This document shows positions 28,639 through 38,813 of a DNA stretch of 64,000 bases, one piece after another. Location of the stretch: positions 3,434 to 67,433 of the forward strand of contig CAYMBN010000005.1 of NCBI GenBank assembly GCA_964388715.1, read 5' to 3'. This stretch comes from an uncultured Methanosarcinales archaeon. GTDB lineage: Archaea > Nanobdellota > Nanobdellia > Woesearchaeales > CAYMBN01. The translations under genes and the position numbers were made by a program. Numbering within the stretch: position 1 is the stretch's first letter; every line of letters starts with the position of its first letter. The notes beneath the pieces were generated by a model. It saw only the letters and a program-made list of their open reading frames with translations. It did not search any database and had not been told where the DNA came from.

Positions 28639-29249
28639 ATAAGTTATTAGAACACAGAAAGAAAATTAAAAGGAAAAAACCTAATTTTACTAGACAAGAC
28701 TCTCACAAGAAAGCAATGACTTCTGGATGGAGGAAACCTCGTGGTCTTCAATCAAAAATGAGAAGAGGTATTAAAGGATATAAACGAAAAGTGGAAATTG
28801 GTTGGGGTTCACCTAAAAAAATAAAAGGATTAACAAAAGAAGGGTTAAAAATAATTTATATCACAAATCAAAGTGATATTGATCAAATAACAGGAAATAA
28901 TGAATGTGTATTATTATCCTCTTCACTAGGAACAAAGAAAAAGTTAAAAATAGTTAAAAAATTAAAAGAAAAAAATATTAAGATCCTAAATATTAAAAAC
29001 ATTGAAGAATATATCAAAAAGATTGATGAAAAAATTAAAAATAAGAAAGAGAAAAAATCTAAAACTGAAAAAGAAAAAGTTAAGAAAAAAGAAGAGTTAA
29101 AGAAAAAAGCAGAAGAAAAAGCAAAAAAAGAACAAGAAGAAAATAAAAAGGAAGATGAAGAAGATTTAGCACAAAAAATAGAACAAGAAGAAGAAAAAGC
29201 TAAAGAAGAAAAAAAGGAAAAAGATAAAGTTTTAATCAAGAAAAAATGA
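28635..29249 (+). CDS. rpl32e: ribosomal protein eL32 with about 90-aa K/E-rich C-terminal extension
   Basis: L32e core followed by KEKKSKTEKEKVKKKEELKKKAEEKAKKEQEE…. Confidence 0.8.
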   Translation: MNKLLEHRKKIKRKKPNFTRQDSHKKAMTSGWRKPRGLQSKMRRGIKGYKRKVEIGWGSPKKIKGLTKEGLKIIYITNQSDIDQITGNNECVLLSSSLGTKKKLKIVKKLKEKNIKILNIKNIEEYIKKIDEKIKNKKEKKSKTEKEKVKKKEELKKKAEEKAKKEQEENKKEDEEDLAQKIEQEEEKAKEEKKEKDKVLIKKK

Positions 29250-29695
29250 AAATTAAACATCAAAAAAGACTTGCAGGACAAATATTGAAATGTTCCAAAA
29301 ATAAAATTAAATATGATTTATCTAGAATAGATGATATAAAAGAGGCTATAACTAGACAAGATATAAAATCCTTAATAAAAGAAAGAGCAATTATTCAAAA
29401 ACCAACTAAAGGAACTTCAAAATTTTGGGCAAGGAAAAAAAAGAAACAAAAAAGTAAAGGTAAAAGAAAAGGACATGGTTCAAGGAAAGGTAAATCTACT
29501 GCAAGAACCCCTAAAAAAAGAGAATGGATCAATAAAATTAGAGCACAAAGAGGATTACTTTCAGAGTTAAAAGAAAGAGAAAAAATTACTAACAAAGTAT
29601 ATAAAAATCTTTATTTAAAAGCAAAAGGTGGTTTTTTTAGAAATAAGAGACACATAAAATTATACATAAAGGAGCATGATTTACTTAAAAAATGA
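29246..29695 (+). CDS. rpl19e: ribosomal protein eL19
   Basis: MKIKHQKRLAGQILKCSKNKI…. Confidence 0.85.
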   Translation: MKIKHQKRLAGQILKCSKNKIKYDLSRIDDIKEAITRQDIKSLIKERAIIQKPTKGTSKFWARKKKKQKSKGKRKGHGSRKGKSTARTPKKREWINKIRAQRGLLSELKEREKITNKVYKNLYLKAKGGFFRNKRHIKLYIKEHDLLKK

Positions 29696-29720
29696 AAAGG
29701 ATTTATAATTTTCGAAGAAA

Positions 29721-30284
29721 ATGATAAAAAGAAAAAAATATACTATAAGGTATAAAAGAAGAAGACAAGGAAAAACAAATTATAAGAAAAGATTAAAGTT
29801 ATTACTAGCTAAAAAACCTAGATTAGTTATTAGAAAGTCACTTAATAGTATTATAATCCAAGTTATTGAGTATAACAAGAAAGGAGATATAACCAAAGTT
29901 TGTGCACATAGTAAAGAACTTAAAAAGCTTGGCTGGAAATTAAAAAACAAAAATTTACCTGCAGCATACTTAACTGGTTTAATTTTAGGTATTAAAGCAA
30001 AAAAAGCAGGTATCAAAGAGGTTATACTTGATATTGGTCTTAACACACCTGTAAAAGGATGTAAAATTTACAGTGCATTAAAAGGTGTTTTAGATGCAGG
30101 CATAGAAATTCCACATTCAAAAGAAGTACTACCTCCTGAAGAAAGAATCAAGGGAACACACATAGTAAACTATGCAAAAGAACACAATGAAAAATTTTCA
30201 GAATACTTAAAAAATAATATTGATACAAACAAAATACCAGAACATTTTGAAGAAATCAAATCAAAGGTGCTAAAGAATGGTTGA
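29721..30284 (+). CDS. rpl18: ribosomal protein uL18
   Basis: Conserved order and sequence. Confidence 0.8.
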   Translation: MIKRKKYTIRYKRRRQGKTNYKKRLKLLLAKKPRLVIRKSLNSIIIQVIEYNKKGDITKVCAHSKELKKLGWKLKNKNLPAAYLTGLILGIKAKKAGIKEVILDIGLNTPVKGCKIYSALKGVLDAGIEIPHSKEVLPPEERIKGTHIVNYAKEHNEKFSEYLKNNIDTNKIPEHFEEIKSKVLKNG

Positions 30285-31122
30285 AGACATAAAAGAGAAA
30301 GAAGAATCTAAAATTATTGAAGAACCAATTAAAAAAGAAGTTGCTGAACCAATCGAAACAGAAGAATCAACAAATGCTAAAAAAGTTGTAGAAGAAAGTA
30401 AGAAACTTAAACCAGAAATTGGAGGATGGCAACCTAAAACTAGTATTGGTAAACAAACAAAAGAAGGAAAAATAACTAAAATAGATCAAATACTTGATAA
30501 TGGTTTCAAAATAATGGAAGCAGAAATAGTTGATTTCCTTATTCCAGATCTTAATAATGATTTATTGTTAATTGGACAATCTAAAGGAAAGTTTGGTGGT
30601 GGTCAAAGAAGAGTATTTAGACAGACACAAAAAAAGACATGCGAAGGAAATAAACCCAAGTTTGCTGCTTATGCAGTAGTTGGTAACAATAATGGATATG
30701 TAGGAATTGGCTATGGAAAAAGTAAAGAAACAGTTCCTGCACGTGAAAAAGCATTCAGAAATGGTAAACTAAACCTTATCAAAATTAGACGTGGTTGTGG
30801 AAGTTGGCAATGTGGATGTGGTGAACCACACTCAATTCCTTTTTCTATTAGTGGAAAATGTGGTTCTTGTGTGATTACAATTATGCCTGCTCCAAAAGGA
30901 ACTGGCCTTTGTATTGAAAAAGAATGTGGTAAAATTTTAAAGATAGCTGGAATCAAAGATGTTTGGTCAAAAGTAAAAGGACAAACAAAAACTAAAACCA
31001 ACTTAATTAAAGCTTGTATGAAAGCTTTAAAACAATTAAGTGAGTTAAAAATTTCTGATAATGAATATAAAAATTTAGGAATAATTGATGGAGAAATAGC
31101 TAAGGTAAAAAATGAAGAATAA
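30277..31122 (+). CDS. rps5: ribosomal protein uS5 with acidic N-terminal extension
   Basis: S5 dsRBD and C-domain (GQRRVFRQTQ…GNNNGYVGIGYGKSKE). Confidence 0.85.
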   Translation: MVEDIKEKEESKIIEEPIKKEVAEPIETEESTNAKKVVEESKKLKPEIGGWQPKTSIGKQTKEGKITKIDQILDNGFKIMEAEIVDFLIPDLNNDLLLIGQSKGKFGGGQRRVFRQTQKKTCEGNKPKFAAYAVVGNNNGYVGIGYGKSKETVPAREKAFRNGKLNLIKIRRGCGSWQCGCGEPHSIPFSISGKCGSCVITIMPAPKGTGLCIEKECGKILKIAGIKDVWSKVKGQTKTKTNLIKACMKALKQLSELKISDNEYKNLGIIDGEIAKVKNEE

Positions 31123-31498
31123 AATTGCAATTATTAGGATTCGAGGAAATGTTGGACTAAATCAAGGTATAAAAGAAACCTTAAAGAGATTAAAACTTCA
31201 TAAAAAAAATTATTGTACTGTTATTGAAAATAATGTAAATAACAGTGGAATGATAAAAAAAGTTAAAGATTATGTTACATATGGTTTTATTAATGAAGAA
31301 ACTTCAAAATTACTTAAAGAAAAAAGAGGAGAAAAAACTAAAACCAAAGATGGAAAAGCAGTAGATAAAAAATTTTTCAGGTTACACCCACCAAGAAAGG
31401 GATTTGAAAGAAAAGGAATCAAAGTTTCTTTTGGTTTGGGTGGTGCTTTAGGTAATAGAAAAGAAAAAATCAATGATCTTATTAAGAGGATGTTATAA
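31112..31498 (+). CDS. rpl30: ribosomal protein uL30
   Basis: IAIIRIRGNVGLNQ…. Confidence 0.8.
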   Translation: MKNKIAIIRIRGNVGLNQGIKETLKRLKLHKKNYCTVIENNVNNSGMIKKVKDYVTYGFINEETSKLLKEKRGEKTKTKDGKAVDKKFFRLHPPRKGFERKGIKVSFGLGGALGNRKEKINDLIKRML

Positions 31499-31947
31499 TG
31501 GTATTTAGAAAACATAAAAAAGTTAAAAAGTATCGAGGATCAAAAACACATGGTTGTGGCTCTATGAAAAAGAGAAGAGGAGCAGGCAATCGTGGTGGAA
31601 GAGGTAAAGCAGGCTCTGGTAAGAGGGGGGATTGTAAAAAACCCGCTATTTGGAATAATAAAAAATATTTTGGAAAACATGGTTTCACACATTCTAAAAA
31701 GAATATTAAAATTGTAAATATTGAATTCATTAATGAAAAAATAAACAAACTAGCTGAAAAAAAAGGAGATGTTTATCATATTGATTTAGGCAAACATGGT
31801 TATAATAAATTATTAGGTAAAGGTAAAGTTATAAATAAGTTTGAGATTAAAGTAGATAGTTGTTCTGTAAAAGCTAAACAAAAAATAGAGGCTGCTGGAG
31901 GAAAAGTTAATGTCCCTTTGGAACAAAATATTAATGAATCTTCCTGA
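31498..31947 (+). CDS. rpl15: ribosomal protein uL15
   Basis: GAGNRGGRGKAGSGKRG. Confidence 0.85.
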   Translation: MVFRKHKKVKKYRGSKTHGCGSMKKRRGAGNRGGRGKAGSGKRGDCKKPAIWNNKKYFGKHGFTHSKKNIKIVNIEFINEKINKLAEKKGDVYHIDLGKHGYNKLLGKGKVINKFEIKVDSCSVKAKQKIEAAGGKVNVPLEQNINESS

Positions 31948-33304
31948 GGTTGCAGGACCTCAGCAAAGAAGATTATCATTTAAAGAAAAATTAAAGTGGA
32001 CTGGTATTATCCTTGTTTTATTCTTTGTAATGGGTCTTATTCCTTTATTTGGTCTTGGTGAAAACGCATTACAACAATTTGAGTTTTTATCTATAATTCT
32101 TGGTGCTAAATTTGGAAGTATTATTTCATTAGGTATTGGTCCTATTGTTACAGCATCCATTGTATTACAATTATTAAACGGTTCAGGTATTGTAAAGTTT
32201 GACTTAACTAGTCATGAAGGAAAAAGAAGATTTCAAGGAGTACAAAAACTATTAGCAATATTCTTTATTGTATTTGAAGCTGCAATTTATGTTTTTATGG
32301 GTGGTCTTGCACCTTCAAGTGTTTATGCTGGAACTAATTTATTTTTCCAACTACAATTGATGCTTGTTATTCAATTAACATTAGGTGGTTTGATTATTTT
32401 ATTTATGGATGAAGTTATTAGTAAATGGGGTTTTGGCTCTGGTATCAGTTTATTTATTGCAGCAGGTGTTTCAGAAAGTATGTTTATAAGAGCATTCAGC
32501 TGGTTACATCCTGCAACAAACCCAAATGCATATGTTGGTGCAATCCCAGAACTATTTAGGGCTTTAGCCCAACAAGATCCAATCACAGCTGGATTAAAGA
32601 TTGCAACTTTAGTTTCAACTGTTTTAGTATTTGTTATTGCTGTTTACACACAGGCAATGAAAATAGAAATTCCATTATCATTTGGAAGAGTACGTGGTCA
32701 TGGTATTAGATGGCCTCTTGCATTTATTTACACATCAAATATTCCAGTTATATTAGTGGCAGCATTAATGGCAAATGTACAATTATGGGCGCGATTGCTC
32801 CAAAAATGGGTTGGCCACCCTACTTTTTTAGGAGGATTTACATCGGCAGGTACACCAACAGGTTTTGTCGCTCTATTAAGTTCACCTGACATTGTAAGAA
32901 AAATCATTGATGGAACATTAATGGGTTCTGATTTAACTAATGCTGCTGTTTACATCATATTTATGATTATAGGTGCTGTTATTTTCAGTATTTTTTGGGT
33001 ACAAACAGCTGGAATGGATGCAAGATCACAAGCAAAACAAATAATGAGTTCAGGACTACAAATACCTGGTTTTAGAAAAGATCAAAGAGTACTTGAAACA
33101 TTACTTAATCGTTACATATGGCCATTAACAGTAATGGGTGCAATAACAGTTGGTTTCTTAGCAGCCCTAGCAGACCTAACAGGAGCCTTAAGTAGAGGAA
33201 CAGGTATATTACTAACAGTTATGATCGTCTACAAACTATACGAAGAAATAGCAAAACAACATATGATGGATATGCATCCTATGATGAGAAAGTTTATGGA
33301 GTAA
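31910..33304 (+). CDS. secY: protein translocase subunit SecY
   Basis: FKEKLKWTGIILVLFFVMG, 10 TM, conserved position. Confidence 0.9.
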   Translation: MSLWNKILMNLPEVAGPQQRRLSFKEKLKWTGIILVLFFVMGLIPLFGLGENALQQFEFLSIILGAKFGSIISLGIGPIVTASIVLQLLNGSGIVKFDLTSHEGKRRFQGVQKLLAIFFIVFEAAIYVFMGGLAPSSVYAGTNLFFQLQLMLVIQLTLGGLIILFMDEVISKWGFGSGISLFIAAGVSESMFIRAFSWLHPATNPNAYVGAIPELFRALAQQDPITAGLKIATLVSTVLVFVIAVYTQAMKIEIPLSFGRVRGHGIRWPLAFIYTSNIPVILVAALMANVQLWARLLQKWVGHPTFLGGFTSAGTPTGFVALLSSPDIVRKIIDGTLMGSDLTNAAVYIIFMIIGAVIFSIFWVQTAGMDARSQAKQIMSSGLQIPGFRKDQRVLETLLNRYIWPLTVMGAITVGFLAALADLTGALSRGTGILLTVMIVYKLYEEIAKQHMMDMHPMMRKFME

Positions 33305-33308
33305 AAAA

Positions 33309-34058
33309 ATGTTTGAAACACTATTAAATCCAATATTTAACCCATTATTAGAATTAGGAAACTTTTGGGCACTTATGATAATCTCATTCATCGTAGCTTT
33401 AATCATGACATTAATCTATAAATGGGCCACTGATCAAGTTAAAATGAAAGATCTCAAAGATAAAATGAAACATCATCAAAATACAATGAAAGAACATAGA
33501 CATGACAAAGACAAGATGATGAAAGCACAAAAAGATGCAATGTCACTTAACATGGAATATATGAAACATAGTATGAAACCAACCCTTTTTACATTCTTAC
33601 CAATTATAATCATCTTTGGTTGGCTCAATGCACATCTTGCATATGACCCTTTAATGATTAACACAGAGTTTAGAACAGCTATGTTATTTGAACCAGGTAC
33701 AACAGGACAAGTAACACTAAATATTGAACCAGAAGGAATAATATTCTTAAACAATCAAACTCAAATAATCACCGAAGATAAAGCAGTTTGGATTTTAAAA
33801 GGTCAAAAAGGTGAGTACATACTCAACTATCAATTCAAAGATAAAAAATATGATAAAAATATTATTATTTCAAATAAACAAGAATATGCTAATCCAATAA
33901 AACCAATAAAAAATGATGTCGTAAAAGTAATTCAAACAAATAACAAACCAATGAAAGTAATGAACTTGTTTGGTTGGCAAATAGGTTGGCTTGGTTCTTA
34001 CATTATATTCTCAATAATATTTAGTTCTATTCTAAGGAAAGTTATGAAATTACATTAA
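33309..34058 (+). CDS. DUF106 family membrane protein (archaeal Oxa1/YidC/EMC3-like insertase) with C-terminal extension
   Basis: 3 TM plus coiled-coil pattern and conserved location immediately downstream of secY, as for the MJ0480 orthologues. Confidence 0.6.
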   Translation: MFETLLNPIFNPLLELGNFWALMIISFIVALIMTLIYKWATDQVKMKDLKDKMKHHQNTMKEHRHDKDKMMKAQKDAMSLNMEYMKHSMKPTLFTFLPIIIIFGWLNAHLAYDPLMINTEFRTAMLFEPGTTGQVTLNIEPEGIIFLNNQTQIITEDKAVWILKGQKGEYILNYQFKDKKYDKNIIISNKQEYANPIKPIKNDVVKVIQTNNKPMKVMNLFGWQIGWLGSYIIFSIIFSSILRKVMKLH

Positions 34059-34185
34059 TTTTGTCCTTAATTAAGTACAAAACCGTAAAATATTGGCACA
34101 ACATTTATAAACAATTTACCATTCTTAAAAAATGAAAAACTGGTGATTTCTTTTATATTTGAATAATTAAAATGGGGGGAAAATA

Positions 34186-36438
34186 ATGAAAAATAAACTT
34201 TTATTTAGTATTGCAATTATTATAGCTTTGTTAATAACAATAAGTTCTGCTCTTAGTGACGAACCTATTCCAGCACCAGAACCAGTTCCACCAAGTTCCG
34301 GTGGAAGTGGAGGAGGTAGCTCAGGAGGAGGTTCAAGTTTTGGTATTGAAATTGAACATATGAGAATTGAATACCCAATAATCCTTAATGCTGAAAGTGA
34401 ATGTAGATTATATTTATGGAATAATAAGAATGAAGAGGTATATAATGTTACATATACAATCTATGAAGAAATTGAAAATGGAAATACAATAATTAGTAAC
34501 CAAATTGCACATGGAACTATTGAAGAAATTGAAGAACATGATGGCAAAACCGTATTATTCAATTGGATCCCACATTCAGTAAACACTAAAAAATTAATTG
34601 TTATTGTTAATATTAATGGTACAGAAAGTTCTTATGAAAGAGAAATCTATCATGTTTCAAGCGAAACAGGCTATGATTTAGATATTAGCAGTGAAATGAT
34701 ATCTGATGAAGAAGAAATATTTGTTAATCAAAATTTTTTCATGAACTTGACCATTAGAAACAGAGGTCCTGATACATCAGATTATGAAACACTTAATATA
34801 TACATACTAGAAAACATGATGCAATATTGGGGTGAAAACGAAGAAGAAATAACGTCTCACTTAGAATTTGTTGAATCAGCTAATCTAAACCAATTACAAC
34901 CATATGAAAGAGTTAGTTACACCTTATCTCCAGAATTTGATTCTCCAGGATTTCATTTAATCTATTTCAACTTATCAAATGGAAATGATTTATTTAGAGG
35001 CAATAGTGAAGAAGGAGAAGAAATTATTGTAAGAACACATGGAGCAGATGTATTAGGTTTCATAGATTTACATGGAAGACTTACAGTAGGATATGAAAAT
35101 GAAATTGAAGTTGAATTATTAAACATTGGTGACCAAGATGCTGAGAGTATTATTGTAAGTCTATATGATGGAACAACATTGATTGGAACACAAACTCTTG
35201 AAGAAATTGAAGAAATGGACCATGATGAAGTTGAATTTAGTTGGACACCTCAATCTACAGGTGAACACACATTAAGACTTATGGTAACTTGTTATAATGA
35301 TGCTTATTTAGAAGACAATGAAATGTCAATAACAGTACAAGTACAGGAACCAGAATTCCCTGTTGATGAATTTGAACCAGATAATACATGGCAACAAGCA
35401 ACAACAATATCAACAAACAATGTTGTACAAGAACATACTAATTTTCCAAACCGAGATGAAGATTACTTTAATTTTCATGCAGAACAAGGAATTACCTATA
35501 TAATGGAAACATTGGAAATTAGTGGTGATACTTATATGGAATTATTTGATACTGATGGTGAAACAAGATTAATAAGTAATGATGACTATCAAGGATTAAG
35601 ATCAAGAATTGAATGGACATGTGATCAAACAGGAATGTATTATGTAATGATTAGACAACTTGGTTCAAGGATGAACGGTGATTACAAGTTTACAATTTAT
35701 CCAATAAATTTCAACCAACCAAAAATGGATTGGTTCGATGGTGATACAACTGATTTATCACAAGCAGACTTATCTAATGTTGATAATTTAGTTTTAGAAA
35801 ACACACAAAATGGTAAAATTGACTTTTCAGGTAAATCTCTAGACTTAAGCAAAACACTTAACATAAATGATTATGTTAAAATTACCGAGGCAACAATATT
35901 TATTGATTCAAACAACATACCTGCTTTAAATCAACCAGCAAGATTAACAATGTACAATCTAAAATTTACTGAACCTAAAATCATGAAAGATGGTAAAGAA
36001 TGTAGTGAATGTTCAATCATAAGTTATGAAAATAATCAATTAATATTTGATGTACCACATTTTACAACGTACCAAGCTGTTGAAGGAAGACAAAATGTAG
36101 GAAGCTACAGCAGAAAATTTGGTCCAAAACAACATGTTAAAATGAATAAAGTAACTATGAATGATCAATTTGAACAAGGTGAAGATCTACAAGTAAGAGT
36201 AACTATGAACAATGATGGTGAAACTAAATTAAAAGACGTTTCAGTAACAATTGTAATACAAGAACTTAATGTTAGAAGGAAAATTGGACCATTTGATCTT
36301 AAGAAAGAAGAAGATATAAACCAATTAGTATTAGCAGAAATGCCAGAAAATGTTAAACCTGGAGATTATGATGTTAGAATCACAATCAGCAACGACTTTA
36401 TGAAGAGAGTTAAATATAGAACAATTACTATCATATAA
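34186..36438 (+). CDS. secreted/N-anchored surface protein with G/S-rich linker, CARDB-like beta-sandwich repeats and a PPC (pre-peptidase C-terminal)-like domain
   Basis: N-terminal hydrophobic anchor, SSGGSGGGSSGGGSS linker, repeated xNxG-type segments and an EPDNTWQQATTI…YYVMIRQLG PPC-like region. Confidence 0.5.
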   Translation: MKNKLLFSIAIIIALLITISSALSDEPIPAPEPVPPSSGGSGGGSSGGGSSFGIEIEHMRIEYPIILNAESECRLYLWNNKNEEVYNVTYTIYEEIENGNTIISNQIAHGTIEEIEEHDGKTVLFNWIPHSVNTKKLIVIVNINGTESSYEREIYHVSSETGYDLDISSEMISDEEEIFVNQNFFMNLTIRNRGPDTSDYETLNIYILENMMQYWGENEEEITSHLEFVESANLNQLQPYERVSYTLSPEFDSPGFHLIYFNLSNGNDLFRGNSEEGEEIIVRTHGADVLGFIDLHGRLTVGYENEIEVELLNIGDQDAESIIVSLYDGTTLIGTQTLEEIEEMDHDEVEFSWTPQSTGEHTLRLMVTCYNDAYLEDNEMSITVQVQEPEFPVDEFEPDNTWQQATTISTNNVVQEHTNFPNRDEDYFNFHAEQGITYIMETLEISGDTYMELFDTDGETRLISNDDYQGLRSRIEWTCDQTGMYYVMIRQLGSRMNGDYKFTIYPINFNQPKMDWFDGDTTDLSQADLSNVDNLVLENTQNGKIDFSGKSLDLSKTLNINDYVKITEATIFIDSNNIPALNQPARLTMYNLKFTEPKIMKDGKECSECSIISYENNQLIFDVPHFTTYQAVEGRQNVGSYSRKFGPKQHVKMNKVTMNDQFEQGEDLQVRVTMNNDGETKLKDVSVTIVIQELNVRRKIGPFDLKKEEDINQLVLAEMPENVKPGDYDVRITISNDFMKRVKYRTITII

Positions 36439-36448
36439 AGTGTTAAGT

Positions 36449-36491
36449 TTTAGGAAACAAAATTTCCTAAACCGTTTCGACTTTGTCGAAA
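36449..36491 (+). terminator. two consecutive hairpins after the surface-protein gene (9-bp and 7-bp stems)
   Basis: TTTAGGAAAcaaaaTTTCCTAAA and TTTCGACtttGTCGAAA; no long oligo-T, so terminator function is uncertain. Confidence 0.3.
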
Positions 36492-36493
36492 AG

Positions 36494-36503
36494 TTTATAA
36501 ATA
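36494..36503 (+). promoter_or_regulatory. TATA box (TTTATAAATA) of rpl34e-rpl14e, near-leaderless
   Basis: About 22 nt upstream of ATG 36525; identical decamer to the sites at 19611 and 52041. Confidence 0.45.
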
Positions 36504-36524
36504 CCCCAAAATTTCAGGTATAAC

Positions 36525-36779
36525 ATGGTTAGTGGAAAACATAAATCAAGAAGTTTAAGAAGAGTATATGTAAAAACACCGGGTGCTAAGGTTAAATTAC
36601 ATTACAGGAAGAAAAAACCTAAAGCAACTAGATGTGGTATGTGTAAAAAACCTTTAAAAGGTATTCCAAGAGATGTATCAAAATTACCTAAAACAAAGAA
36701 AAGACCACAAAGACCATTTGGTGGTTTATTATGTTCTAAATGTATGAGAATAACAATTAAAAAAGGTATTAAAAAATGA
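36525..36779 (+). CDS. rpl34e: ribosomal protein eL34
   Basis: CxxC…CxxC zinc ribbon (RCGMCKKP…CSKCMR). Confidence 0.75.
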   Translation: MVSGKHKSRSLRRVYVKTPGAKVKLHYRKKKPKATRCGMCKKPLKGIPRDVSKLPKTKKRPQRPFGGLLCSKCMRITIKKGIKK

Positions 36780-37147
36780 TAGAAATTGGTAGATTATGTG
36801 TAAAAATTGCAGGAAGAGACGCAGGTAAGAAAGCAATTGTGATTGATATTCTGGATAAAAACTTTGTTATGATAGATGGTGAAGTAAGAAGAAGGAAATG
36901 TAATATTACACACATAGAACCACTTAATAAAGTATTAAAAATCAAAAAGAATGCAACACCCGAAGAAGTCAAAAATGTGCTTAAAACAGAAGGTATTGAA
37001 GTAAAAACAACAAAACCAAAGAAAACACCAGCAAGACCAAGAAAAGTAAGAAAAAAGAAGATAAAACCAGTAGAAACCAAAGAAAAAAACCCACAAATAC
37101 CAAAAAAACAAGCAACAAAACAACAAGAAAAAGAAGTTAAAAAATAA
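36776..37147 (+). CDS. rpl14e: ribosomal protein eL14 (KOW) with K-rich tail
   Basis: MIEIGRLCVKIAGRDAGKKAIVIDILD…. Confidence 0.75.
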   Translation: MIEIGRLCVKIAGRDAGKKAIVIDILDKNFVMIDGEVRRRKCNITHIEPLNKVLKIKKNATPEEVKNVLKTEGIEVKTTKPKKTPARPRKVRKKKIKPVETKEKNPQIPKKQATKQQEKEVKK

Positions 37148-37150
37148 TAA

Positions 37151-38812
37151 TTATTTATTCTTGATTATTTCAAACAATTCACTTACATTTAATTCAAAAG
37201 CAGCCACAGGCATTTCCAATCCCCAATTTTCTAGAACAGCAGGATGTATTTCACCAACATAAGCAACATCTTTTCCTTCAACAGAAACTCTTGCCACTCT
37301 TCCATTAACAAATGATTTGTGCTCAACACTTTTCATTTCATATTTAATATCAAATGCACACATCAAAGCATCAAAAATTTGTTTTATTGTTGTAAAATCA
37401 ACAACAGAAGATGAAATAGTAATTCCTAATCTAAAAAATTCTTTAACATTAATTTCTTCTGAATCATCTTTCTTAAAAACAGTCGTAGTCTCAAATATCT
37501 TTTGAGGATAATCATGATGTTTATTCTTAGAAAGGACTTTAATTAAACTTGGAGTTATCCAACTTCTCAAATAATTATATTCTTCAGGAGCATTCCCTAC
37601 CTTAATTGCAGGCATATTAATAAGCATCTTATCATTTAACTCTTGTTTAGAAAGTAAGTGATATGTGTTCACTTCTTGTATTCCCAAACCTACCAAAATC
37701 TCAGAGATTTTGTTTACAAAACTATTGAATGGGGACAGTTCTGCTACTGTTGCAACATTAGGAATTATTTCTTTAAAATTTTCATAACCATAAGCAATTG
37801 CAATATCTTCTATTAAATCAACTTCATGTAAAACATCTACACGATAACCAGGGATTAAAACCTTTTTATTTTTATATCCATAACCCATTTTTTCAAGTAA
37901 CTTTTTAATATCATTCTCTTTTAATTCTAACCCTAACATCTTATTTACATGAATTATATTAATTTTCATTTCTTTTGGTTGAAGATTAGGTGCAACAACC
38001 TTCTTAAATTTATAAGAACCAGGATAAATTAAATCAATTGAATAGATTGAACCACCCATATCTGCTAAAGAAGTTACTAATATGTTAAGTGCTTTCATCA
38101 GAATATTAAGATCAGTTCCAGTAGCTTCAATAAATACATCCTTTGTTGTTGTATCAATTTTACCAACAGTGTGTGAATTAATTATTGGTGGCATTGACAT
38201 AATAATTCCTTTTGCATCAACAAAAACAGGAAATTTTTTCCAATTTTTACATATATTTGCATACTCTCTCCCTGTTGGATGTTTTGAAAGAATCTGTTTA
38301 CCAGTAATTTCCTTAGAAAATTCTAATGGTTGAAATTTAATTTTGTCTGGATCCTCTCCTTTAAATGTTACAGGGAAAGTTATTTTTTCCAACGGATATA
38401 AACCTAAACCACCTTTTTTTCTTCTTCTAAGAAGAGTCATACCTAATTTTTCTTGAATTTGGATTATCTCTCTTATTTTTTCATCATCAAACTTTAACCC
38501 TTTTACAATACATGCTACAACATAAGGCCATTCTTTAGGAAGATTTTTTACAAATATTTTATTTAAACTTTTTTTAACATCATATTTTCTTAAACCTTTT
38601 TTTAATCCTATAAACGAAGAAAATGCCCTTGCAAATCCTTGCTCAGACAACATGTCTGGTCGATTTGGAAAAATTTCTACAGTAATTTCACTTCCATCAA
38701 CCTTTTCTAAATCTGTTCCAAGCATTGAAATTCTTTCTTTCAATTTTTCAATAGGTAATTTCTTTCCAACAAGTTTTTCAAACACTTTTTTATTTAATGT
38801 TACAGTTGGCAT
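37151..38812 (-). CDS. pheT: phenylalanine-tRNA ligase beta subunit (archaeal type)
   Basis: Archaeal PheT N-terminus and B3/B4 and catalytic-like domains; adjacent to pheS. Confidence 0.8.
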   Translation of the reverse strand: MPTVTLNKKVFEKLVGKKLPIEKLKERISMLGTDLEKVDGSEITVEIFPNRPDMLSEQGFARAFSSFIGLKKGLRKYDVKKSLNKIFVKNLPKEWPYVVACIVKGLKFDDEKIREIIQIQEKLGMTLLRRRKKGGLGLYPLEKITFPVTFKGEDPDKIKFQPLEFSKEITGKQILSKHPTGREYANICKNWKKFPVFVDAKGIIMSMPPIINSHTVGKIDTTTKDVFIEATGTDLNILMKALNILVTSLADMGGSIYSIDLIYPGSYKFKKVVAPNLQPKEMKINIIHVNKMLGLELKENDIKKLLEKMGYGYKNKKVLIPGYRVDVLHEVDLIEDIAIAYGYENFKEIIPNVATVAELSPFNSFVNKISEILVGLGIQEVNTYHLLSKQELNDKMLINMPAIKVGNAPEEYNYLRSWITPSLIKVLSKNKHHDYPQKIFETTTVFKKDDSEEINVKEFFRLGITISSSVVDFTTIKQIFDALMCAFDIKYEMKSVEHKSFVNGRVARVSVEGKDVAYVGEIHPAVLENWGLEMPVAAFELNVSELFEIIKNK

Positions 38813-38813
38813 T

